Assembly (NCBI RefSeq): GCF_009914755.1
Contig: NC_060930.1
Direction: 5' to 3' (one strand)
Length of the DNA: 64,000 bases
From: the human T2T-CHM13v2.0 reference genome, Homo sapiens
Shown: piece by piece, positions 10,988 to 22,312 of the stretch
Position numbering within the stretch: position 1 is the stretch's first letter
Layout: every line of letters starts with the position of its first letter
Program-made: the position numbers and the translations under genes
Notes under the pieces: generated by a model
Told to the model about the DNA's origin: nothing
Seen by the model: only the letters and a program-made list of their open reading frames with translations
The model's database searches: none

Positions 10988-11323
<336 letters not shown>

Positions 11324-11774
11324 TAAATAGGATCCAGTAGGCAGTTTTCAAACCCACATCTGTATGGATCAATGCCAAGAATATTAGAAGGCTACTGAGT
11401 TTGACAGATGAACTAATGATGAAATTAACTTGTTTCTTGGATGAGATTTATTACCAGGCACCAGACTAAAGCCCTAAAATCTTAAGCCTATCTGGTTTAT
11501 GAATAGCTACTCTTATTTCCATTATTAAAATCAGGTAGATGGCAGCAGAATCTGGAGGAGATTCACCCTCTGTTGACCATCTTCTGTAAGGTGCACTTCT
11601 CAGTGTCTTCCTGGGCCTTGATGAATGATGAGCTGGAGAACTAGACCAGAAGCCATTCCTTATCAGGTGACTCTGGAAGGGAAGCCATATTTGATGAAAT
11701 CCAGAAGAAATCCTGGACCATAATGCTACATTTTTTCTTTTTTTGTAATGGGATGCTAAAAAATTAAATATATG

Positions 11775-11935
11775 GTTTTTTTTTTAAATAGAGGTAAGCT
11801 ATACGTACATAACATACAACTTACCATTTGAACCATTTTTAGGCATACATTCCAGTGGCATTAAGTACATTGTCATTGTTGTGTGGCTGTCACCATCATC
11901 ATCTATCCCCAGAACTTTTCCTTCTCAAACTGAAA
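11775..11935 (-). mobile_element. L1M 3'-end fragment
   Basis: acataacatacaacttaccatt...cagtggcattaagtacatt...caccatcatc resembles an L1MA/MB 3'UTR in antisense. Confidence 0.65.
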
Positions 11936-14900
11936 TAAAAATATTTTTCTCTTTCTTTTAAAATTGTTAGCTGCTAATGTGTATTGTAAGTAAAATAATC
12001 TTGTTTTTGTAACCATTAATCTTATCACTTCATAGTTTGTGAGTAAATTCTTCCGCAGACATTCCATCAGGATGCTAATGGTTTTTTTGTTTGTTTGTTT
12101 TTGTTTTTTATTAGTACATTACTTCCTCTCAATTCTAACTTTGGGGTAATCCTCATAGAGTTTGAGGATCTCTTTGGAGATGTGTATTACAAAGGTTAGT
12201 AGTTTCACTGCCAGTTATGTTATTAAAATTTTGAAAAGCAGCTTTTTGGAACCTTTCTAAAGTTTAAAGGTTGAGGGTATTTGTTGAGAGAAACCTGGGA
12301 CTTGGTTAGATAATAGGGTGTGGAAATGAACTGTTACCATTCTCACTTTTCCCTTGCTTTTCTTCCCTCACCTTTTGCATTTGTAGTCTCTTAAAAATTA
12401 TTAATTTTATTTTCCCACTATTAGTGAAAATCATTTATAGTGATATTTTTTTCTATTCTTTCTGTGTTTGAAGTTTCTGGGCATCTCACCCCTACCAACC
12501 CAGAGCAAACCCAGAGTCTAGGTGGTGCCATGTCCTTTTCCATAGTGTTCTCTGCCACCAAATTTGTGCCTCCCCCTCATGTTTTTACTTTTTAGTCCTC
12601 TGCAAAACTTCAGAAATTCTTTGTATGTGGAAAAATTACTAAATTAAGATGATTGACCTTTTAGAATTACATTTTAAAGGCAGCTGTGAAGGGAGACTTC
12701 TAGATCCTGCCTAGTCTCATGAACAGGCGTCTTTGGTTTGTGTAAGGTATTGGAATTGTACTGGAATTGCTGCTGATGCTGATAGGTAGTCACATCTTTG
12801 TAAGATCAGTTATGTACTTTAACACCAGCTTCCACAGAGAGGAAATGAACTGTTACTTAAGAGCTTGTACTGGGAAGCAATAGTTATTTCTTTAAGGTGT
12901 AAACATTTAGCATTTGTGTATGCAGTGAGGTATATGTTAGATAAATATCTACTCCAGACAGTCAATTGGCAAATATTTATTGAGCTCCCACTTTCTTAAT
13001 CAGCCCTGTGCCAGAGACAGACAATAGCTGGGGTCTGGGGATTGCTGCTGTTGGTGTGCGGATCATGCAGAGATACTGCTAACGCTTGCTCCCTCCATAC
13101 CTGGATCGTGGTATTGCTGACATCATTGACTTAGAACTGGCTCATTTAAACAAATTGCAGATAGCAACCATGTGGGTCAGCAGTCTATTTGGCCTGCTTT
13201 TTTTTTTTTTTTTTTCCGGTGGGGCAGTATATTTTGGCAAAACAAAATCTGGTCAACAACAATTGTAGGTTGTTGTGATACAGTTGATGTGATCTAGTGA
13301 CTCTTTTCCATTTCTACCAATCAGTTACTGGCTTTGTGCCAGAGCGAAATATAGATTCACTACCGAGAATAATAACTAAAAGAAGGAAAATATAATCACT
13401 TTCAAATTTATATAGAATGGTCCTTTTTCTTTTTCTCAGTTTTCTACATTACATAGATTCTTGGAAAAAAAGTTAAAACAGTCTGTTCAGATTTAGGAAG
13501 ATACTTGGATTGCTGGGGTATTTTTGGTAACTGTTTAGATAATGTATGCTGGCTGAGGAGTAAATTCAGCTACTGCTTCTGGGTCCTGAAATAAACCTTT
13601 CAGAAAGCGAGGCATTGATGATTAGTGGAGGCAGTTCCAGAATTCTTAGTATCTACTGTTTCTTTTTGTGATGAGCATCTTAGAAGTTAAACCACTCACC
13701 ATATTTCATAGCCTTATATTGAAATGATTGTTAATTCTAAAATTCATTTAGAAGCTGGCGTCTAATTTGTGAAATCTTGAGAACCACCTTTTAAGATTCA
13801 GTGACCATATATCAAGCTACACACCCATTTTAATGCCCTTTAAATTTTCTGTTACCACTGGTATATTTTATAATAAATTCACTCTAACTAATGAATTATA
13901 AATGACCTTGGAAATAGGAATGTGGAACATTGCTACTGCTGAGCAAGTATCTTTCTGAAGAAGCAGACATAATTCCGAGGGGACTGGCATGTTTGCTGTG
14001 TATTAGTTTATTTTGGTGATTCTGAGGATTTGTGAGCGAATAAGCTTCTATGATGAGGCATCCTGACACAATGGTAAGATCATGGGCTTGGAGCTGGTCA
14101 GACCTTAGCTCATTTGGAGGCCTCAGCACCCATTTTCTCTGCACTCCAGCAGGGGGTCAGTTTCCTTACCTGGAATGTTGGCTGCTGGGCAGGGTTGTTG
14201 AAAACCTTCACTGAGGTCATGGATGTCTATCTGTGGCATCTGTATGTGGCCCCTCTCTTCTCTGCCTACCTGCCTTCCCATGTGGGGCTTGTTTTCTCAT
14301 TCTCTGCCTGGTCCTGCTGTACTTCGGGGTGTGGCTGACTCAGGACAAGCCCTTGCTGGCATCAATTAGGTGATGCTCAGCCCCTCCCAGCTCCAAAAAT
14401 CTGTGCTGCTTTGAATTTTTAAACAAATAGTGCCTAATCAGCTATGCACCGCTGAACAGCTTATTAAACCACACTAGATCCCAGACATATTCTGTGAATA
14501 TAAACTGAGACCTGTGCAAATACATAGATTTTTGCATTCCACTGTAGTTTCCCTTACAGAATGTGGTTTTGTACTGATTGGGACTCTTGCTCAGCAGTTG
14601 TATAAATTGGTTTTGGTTTACCCACAGAGCCTACGGCTGATGCCATTGGCCCCAAGCTGCTACCCCATTCAATATCCCATCCCTAATATTAATTAGTGGT
14701 CTCTTCTCTGGCCAACAATCATTCCTCTGTTATACTTCCTAAACCTTCCCACTTTGATGATCTGCAAAAAATGACTGGCTTTTTAGGAGAATTACTTTTT
14801 GCAAAGGAACGAAGTTGCAAAAATTTAAAAGTAGGCTTCTTGGAGATTTTGGGTGCTAGACTTTGGTCTCTCATTAGCTAAGTAACTTGCTTCTGTGTTT

Positions 14901-15994
14901 GCTTCATCTTCACTGAATATATGATTTAGACTTGATCCTTAGCAAAATTATAATTTACTATGCATGGAGGGTTAGGGCTGCTCTTAAATAGTCAAAACAG
15001 GAATGTCAAATCTAAGAGTACCGGGGTCCTCCCTCAAATATATAAAGAGCAATTTTTTTTAAATGCTGAGATTTATAAAACTATCAGGGACAAAATGTAA
15101 TTCTATTATGAACAAATACTTACTGAGCACCACTTGGTGCTTAAGATACACAGAGTAAAGATGACATATGATCCTTAATTTTCCCAGGTGTATTATCATA
15201 GACTCCTGGTGTTTTACAAAGTGGAAATTAAAGTGAATGGCTACAGTTTTCTTCTGTAGTTCTTATGCAAAAAGACTATATTCCTCAAAGTGCACCATCT
15301 AAGAAGTATTTATGGAGTAAATGATGTATCCAAGCTGAAACTTTCCTAACGAATGTATTATTCATTTCCAATATCAGTTGCAAGGAAATCCGTTTGGTCA
15401 GTATTTGCTATTCTATGTGGAAGGTCAGTGTACTTGGAGATTGTTCTTTGGTGCTGTGACGTTGATGAGAAAGTGATCCTAATTTGGATTTTGTATTGGG
15501 TGTCATTCATATGGTGATTTTTCTGCTAAAGAAAAGCCTTCACATCAGTAACATGAAGGATTTAATACTCAGTTCATTTACTTCACTGTATTGAACTGTG
15601 TGCGTCAGGGCTTTGGAACTATAGATTCGTGTCATCACAGCAATAATGTGGGCAGAAGGCACATGTTTGTGAAGAGCTCACTGTGTGCCAGGCATCATGC
15701 TGGGTGATGGGATTCTTTGGTGACCTCCACAAATGGACAATGCAGGAATTAAGGACAAGTAAACATGCTACACAGTAAGGTGTAAAGGATTTTGTGAAAG
15801 AAGTTTTGATGTTAGAGGGTCACTTTATATAGATTAGGTTGGGGTGGAGTTGAGGCAGGAAGGCTCCTACAGCAAAGGAGGTCTGATGAGCTAAGACTTG
15901 GTTAATGAGAAACAAACAGTGAAGGTAAAGAGGCATGGGGCTTGGGGCAAGGGCTAGAGCCAAAAGCTGGCAGGTTAGAGAGCACTGGAAGATT

Positions 15995-16150
15995 ATGCAT
16001 TTACTAGCTGTGTGACCTCAGGCAAGTCACTTCGCTTCTCTGTGCTGTGTGGTTTCCTCATTTGTCAAAGAATGGGAAAGGATACTTAACTCATGGAATT
16101 TTCATGAGGACTAAACTTTATAAGAAACGTGTATGCTGCTTGGCAATGAA
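15995..16150 (+). mobile_element. MIR SINE fragment
   Basis: tttactagctgtgtgacctcaggcaagtcactt...tttcctcatttgt is the MIR core. Confidence 0.7.
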
Positions 16151-18572
16151 AAGGACCTTTTAATAGAGTAACAAAGGATTGTATTTTCTCATGAATAAGG
16201 AATTAAAATGAGTTAGAGGCAATTCTCTATTAGTTAATTTAACAAGTTACTTAGCAGCCTATCGGTCTTTCAGAGCAAATAGGTTTATATTTGAAGCTTA
16301 GTTCTAATCCATACCATGGCAGTTTTCAAATTTCCTGATATGTTTTTACCTTGTCCAGTGTTAGGAAAAGTAAGTTATTGAGCAATTCTAAAATGTTTAC
16401 TGTAGTTTGCCTGTTTTTTAAGCAGTCATATTTTTAACTGGTGAGGAAATAAATTCAGAAGATTTATAATTGAAGAATTTAATTTTCCTACCATCAGTAA
16501 ACATTTAGTGACGTTGGTGTAGGGGCACTGTACCACAGAAGTAGATATCCAGAAAATATTTGTAAATTGTTAAACATTGTATTAATTGTTGAGCATAGAG
16601 TGATGTCCTTAGATTACTGAGTAAACAGTGGTGATTAAATTAATTAAGATAGTTTGTGGGGTGTTTAAATTTTACTTAGTATTCCATTTAATTAGAAATA
16701 CAGACAATAACTCTGGCCTCATAAGCAATCTGAATTTTGAGTTGAAGGAAATGGGTGTCTGGCAGACAATTTCCAAATTGGTAAAATGGATCTTTTGCTT
16801 CTACTTTATTTTCTTCATGTATTAAACAAGTATTTATTATTGTTGACTGTTGGAAAATTTTAAAAATTACAGTCATACTTTTTATGACTTTGCTGGGTGT
16901 GGAAATCATCCCTTTCCCCCCATCTTAGTGCCAACTGCCTTTAACCTGAATTGGCTGATGCAGAACGCATTTCAGGAAGGCGCCATGCATACAGGAGGCA
17001 GAGACATGCCCTCTGCAATCCTGACTTTTCCTCTTTCACCCATGTCTATTGTATATGGCAAGACTCTGTCCTTCCTCCTCCACTCTGATATTGGTCGGAG
17101 ACACAAGCACTTAGAAGCACCAGTGTTTTATTCTACAATTAATTACTGAAGAGGGAAATTGAAAGGTAAGCAGTTTTGTGTTTTATCTTTTATTATGCAT
17201 TAAGTTTCTGTAATTTTCCATATTGCTATATTATTAGTGAGAAAGAGAAGAATAGAGAAAGATGGAGAAGATGAATTTTATTTAAGCCAGTTATATTTGG
17301 ATAACTTAAAAGAATATGCTTTTTTAGTCTAAATACCCTTTCCCAGTCTAAGTAGTTTCATGCTTCATGGAAAAACTAATGCAAAGAAGTTGTAATCAGC
17401 TGTTAAGATATTTGAGCCAGCTGGCTGTCAATATGTTGAAGTTTTATTCTTGGTGCATCCACAAATTCCATATAAATGTATTTTATGAAGAGGAAGGTGT
17501 ACTAGCATGGCTAAACTGGTAAAGCTGAAATCTGGATTTGATTTGCATATGTGGTATTTTTCAGGGACTCTCAAACTTTCACACATGAAATAAACGAGGT
17601 AATGTGTATGGCATCACATGATCAAAATATTTTTCCCCTTGCTGCTGCCAGAGCTATCTATTGCTTTTCAACAGTCTCACTTGTTGGGCATCATGCCAAG
17701 ATGTTTAAGACAACCCCTTACGTGAGCTGTTCCATTCTTAACCTCTTTGACTGAAGTGCCGTGACCTTCACATATGTAGATTAGCCATGTGCTCTGTGAA
17801 TTGAAACTTGCTGCCTCAGGAAGAAAAGGGTTTTTCTTTTTATTCCACTGGGAATTTGACGGCCATTCATCCCTGACCTGGGCAGAGGTAATGCAAGGAA
17901 ATTGGATTCAAACGGAACACGGACAGATAACACAGGGAGGCAGTCAGCGTGTACAGGCAGGCAAGCTTTCTACCTGGTCCAGGGTGAAAATACCCACCGT
18001 CTGTTCACAATGTGCTGATGTGCAGGATCCGAAGAGCAACTGACAGATGGAGATAGAGAGATAAATGTAGGAATTCTGGAACCGTGTCCTTTTAAAAAAG
18101 GACATTGTTATTATGGGCATTGCTAATTCGTTTTGACTCTCCTCTTTCTCTTCCTTTCCAAACTATATTTTTGAAATCTTTGAATTTTTGTTTATTTCCT
18201 AATGCTAGGAATTAAATACTTTTGACATAGTGGACAATTTAGATGAGTCTTTCAAAAGCAGAAATCTTTAAAAAAAAGGAGAGATGAATGTATGACCTGT
18301 ATCTGGAATTTTGAAATGAATTGATACTTAGAACTTTACTCATATGAGAGTTATTAGCTTTGTAATAGCTGAGTATTTTTATTATAGCACTGTTATTTAT
18401 GGCTCTTCTAAGTCTTTCTCTAAACCTACATTTCTTTATTTGAGAGGCAAGAATGAGAAGCAGCATATCCATAAGAGTTTTGCCAATCACTCCTGACTAG
18501 AATGACAAGCTGATTTCATGTTTCCCCAAGTATCAGTCCTATGCAGCCCCCCCTTTTTAAAAAACCATGCAA

Positions 18573-18684
18573 GGCCGGACCCAGTGGTTCAACACCTGTA
18601 ATCCTAGCTCTTTGGGAAGCTGAGGTAGGAGAAGTGCTTGAGGCCAGGAGTCCAAGACCAGCCTGGGCAACATAGTGAGACTCA
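18573..18684 (+). mobile_element. Alu left monomer / FLAM
   Basis: ggccgga...cctgtaatcctagc...accagcctgggcaacatagtgagac. Confidence 0.85.
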
Positions 18685-19598
18685 TCATAGTGTAATGATG
18701 AATAAAAGTAATTAATAGCACATTTTTGGATTTTTATTAGACAAAGCTAGTTTTAAAGAACATTTATCTTTGCCTTGTTAATAAACATACTTGCAGTTAG
18801 TGTAAAATTCAGTATAAATAATAGTCATGGTGCTTGAGTAGGCTGATAGGACGAGATGCATAAGGAAGGTTGTCGTTATAAGAATAATGGGTCTGAAGTG
18901 GTACTCCAGCTAGTGTCTTAGCAAAAGGAGGGGTGCTTAGGGCAGTCTGAAATTTATGAGTGCTTTTGTATAGCTTTCAAAGCTGAGCTTTTCCTGTGTA
19001 CATTAGGGTTTATGAAATATCGTGGGTCAGAGCATCCGTTACAGGCGCTGTGGGAGCTGTCATAGATACCTGGCTCTTTCCGTGGGTGTAAAATAGGTTT
19101 AGTCCTTAGGATGTCTGTGTAGGGAATGTGCTTAATGGATACGATAGACTATGGGGGAAGCAGAATTATCCTTTTATCCGAGGATGACTTGTTTCTTTTT
19201 AAATGAGGACAATGAAAAAAAAATTGGGGGAAGTATCTTATCACAGTCTTGTAGAATGTGGGGGCTTTCGTGGACTGCAGTTCGCATGGCAGGCATAAGG
19301 AGCGCTAATCCAGTGATGACAGCATCTTTATGCCTACCTGGGAAGATGCAGCAGCCAGCACAGCCCTAATATCAGATTAATACCGGGGTGGGGGCATGAG
19401 GCATGGCTGGCACCTGAGAAGGCAAAAGGGAATTCTGTGATTGGAGAAGAAGCAAGGCAGGTGTGTCATTAAGGTCAGGATGGCCAAGTGGAGAGTGGTC
19501 CTCCTGGTGCACACAGTGAAGGAGAGCAGCCAGCTGGGTGCAGAGGAGGCAGCAGAAATGTCAGGGTGTCCGTGAGTCAGCAGCTGAGCATTGTGGGA

Positions 19599-19888
19599 TT
19601 TTTTTTCCTTTTCTTTGAGACAGGGTCTTACTCTGTTGCCCAGGCTAGTGGGCAGCGGTGAGGTCATGGCTCGACTTTCTGGGCTTAAGCAATCCTCCCA
19701 GCTCAGCCTCGTGAGTATCTGGGCCTACAGGCACATGCCACCATGCCTGCCTACTTTTCAAAATTTTTGCAGAGATGGGGTCTCACTGTGTTGCCCGGGC
19801 TGGTCTTGGACTCCTGGCCTCAAGCAGTTCTCCTGCCTCAGCTTCCCGAAGAGCTAGGATTATAGGTGTTGAACCACTGGGCCCGGCC
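19599..19888 (-). mobile_element. Alu (old, AluJ-like)
   Basis: Diverged antisense Alu dimer. Confidence 0.88.
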
Positions 19889-20109
19889 TTGCATGGTTTT
19901 TCAAAAAGGGTGGGCTGCATAGGACTGATACTTGGGGAAACATGAAATCAGCCTGTCGTTCTAGTCAGGAGTGACTGGCAAAACTCTTATGGATATGCTG
20001 CTTCTCATTCTTGCCTCTCAAATAAAGAAATGGAGGTTTAGAGAAAGACTTAGAAGAGCCATAAATAACAGTGCTATAATAAAAAGCAATAGTAATAGTA
20101 ATAATGACT

Positions 20110-20290
20110 ACCATTAATGCACTCCTAGTATGTGTGCCAAGGCACATTGCACGTATTATCTGCAATCCTTTCAACAGTCTTGCAAAAGCATCATCATTAT
20201 CTCTATTTTATAGACAAGGAAACTGGTAGAATTTAGAAATTTGTTCAATACCCTGGTTTTTCTGGTGCTAAAGCCTACATTCTTTCCACT
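20110..20290 (-). mobile_element. MIR fragment
   Basis: tgtgccaaggcac...cattatctctattttatagacaaggaaactg. Confidence 0.55.
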
Positions 20291-20293
20291 AAA

Positions 20294-20430
20294 CTAGTGG
20301 TTTTCAAACCCAGTTGTGCTTCAGAATCACCTAGGGAAGTAACCCCTGCCCCCAGGAACTCAGATGCCATCAGGCTCTGGAGTGGCCTGGAAGCCCACCT
20401 TTCTGTCTGTCAGTAGGGCCACTGAAGAGC
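20294..20430. mobile_element. MER5-like hAT DNA transposon fragment
   Basis: agtggttttcaaac...tcagaatcacctaggg resembles the MER5A terminus. Confidence 0.55.
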
Positions 20431-20495
20431 AAGTGGTAACATTTAAAAAAAAAGACTTCTTTTTTGTTATTGCTAAGACATGTAAAATTGCATTC

Positions 20496-21131
20496 TTTTT
20501 TTTTTCTTTTCTTTTTTTGGAGACAGAGTCTTGCTCTGTCGCTCAGCCTAGAGTGCTGTGGCATGATCATAGCTCACTGCAACCTTGAATTCCTGGGCCC
20601 AAGCAATCCTCCCACCGCAGCCTCCTGAGTAGCTGGGACCACAGGCGCATGCTACAATGCCCAGCTAATTTTTAAATTCTTTGTAGAGATGGGGGTCTTG
20701 CTGTGTTGCCCAGGCTGGTCTCTTTACATTCTGGGCGGCTCAAGCAATCCTCCTGCCTTGGCCTGGGAGGCCTGGGAGTCTGGGCGTAGTCATTCACATG
20801 AACCATGGAGCCTGGCACATTCTTTTTTTTTTTTTTTTTTTTTTTTGAGACAATTTCACATCATCACCCAGGCTGGAGTGCAGTGGTGCGATCTTGGTTC
20901 ACTGATCGCAACCTCTCTCTCCTGGGCTCAAGTGACTCCCACCTCAGCCTCCCAAGTAGCTGGAGTTAAGGCACGCACCACCACACCTGGCTAATTTTTG
21001 TTATTTTTTTGTAGAGACGGGGGTTTTGCCATGTTGCCCAGGCTGGTCTTGAATTCCTGAGCTCAAGTGATCCACTCACCTTGGTCTCCCAAAGTCTGGG
21101 ATTACAGGCGTGAAGCCCTTCTGCACCTGGC
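20496..21131 (-). mobile_element. Two tandem antisense Alus (about 20496-20816 and 20823-21131)
   Basis: Two poly-T tails, each followed by an Alu body. Confidence 0.9.
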
Positions 21132-21290
21132 CCACATTCTTATAATTCAGGAGCTTTTAGTGTATTTTGGCTCTGTAGTCATTATCAGACATAGAAGAGG
21201 CAAGAATTTGGGCTACAAGGGCTGGAGGGTGGCATTGGGATTTTCTGATCACATCACCAGACATTAATTTACATTTGTTCTTCAGGGAAA

Positions 21291-21396
21291 CTCCCTACCA
21301 TTATCTGGGTCATTGCTCCCTACCACCGTCTGGGTCATTGCATAGTTACCCAGGGTGGCCGTGAACTAGTCAGCAGCCGTGACCTAGTCAGCAGCC
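21291..21396. repeat. Two adjacent short tandem duplications (25 bp x2; 18 bp x2)
   Basis: ctccctacca(tta/ccg)tctgggtcattg at 21291 and 21316; gccgtga(a/c)ctagtcagca at 21358 and 21376. Confidence 0.85.
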
Positions 21397-22233
21397 ATTT
21401 AGAGGAAAGCCTGCTTGGCTTGGCTGGTTCAGGAGGCGGAGGCTGCTGCAGGGCCTGGGAAGGAGTAAGGCAGCACACGGTGGCTGTTAGGTCATTTGTG
21501 TTGGATGAAAGAGAGTTGGTGCACAGACTGGACGGTGTCTCAGATTCGCTGGGGTTTACGAGTCCAGAAATCCATGAGTCCGAGGAAGTGGGAAGAGAGA
21601 ATAAGGGAAGGGAGGCCGGAAGGTAGGAGAGAAGGGGAAATCCAGGCAGCCGGATGAGAGATAATTTTAGAGTAAGAAACCAACAAAATATAATATTCAT
21701 TATGTACCCAGATTGAAGTACTATGGTGCTAAAAGTTGTCAACCAAACACCAAAATTAGCATATCTAAAAATCATCAAGACGGTAATGCATAGTTAAAAG
21801 AACAGATGTAAGGCAGAAAACTCCTCCAGTTCTTCAGTGAGGTTATTTCATGACATAGAGTCTTGATTATTTCTGTCTTTGTAGCCACACGGTCATTTTG
21901 GAGCCAGATTCAGTGGTGTTAGGAGGTTGTGGAAAGCACTCAGCGGACACCTTCTTTCCCTCCCTCCCCAGGCTGCCCAGGCCTCCTCAGGTGTGGGAGG
22001 GCTCCCGAGACCCTCTGCGCCCTTCCTTCTCTTCCTTATTATTACTGTGCCTTATGGGTAAAGTACAGTACTGGGAAGTTTCTCTTTATGTCCCCAACTA
22101 TTCCTCTCTTCTAATTGCCAATAAAACTACATCTCACAGCTTTTTAAAAAAAAATTCAGTTTAGCTCATAACCTTGTCTTAGACAAGGGGTGTAAGTTAA
22201 ATTTCACGTAAGCGGTCCTGCTGGGGTTCCTGC

Positions 22234-22312
22234 GCGGTGGGAAAGCTCGGCACTGCTCTGCTCATGCCTGTTTGCGGTGGGAAAGCTCGGCGCTGCTCTG
22301 CTCATGCCTGTT
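22234..22312. repeat. 40-bp tandem duplication
   Basis: gcggtgggaaagctcggc(a/g)ctgctctgctcatgcctgtt at 22234 and 22274, one mismatch. Confidence 0.92.
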
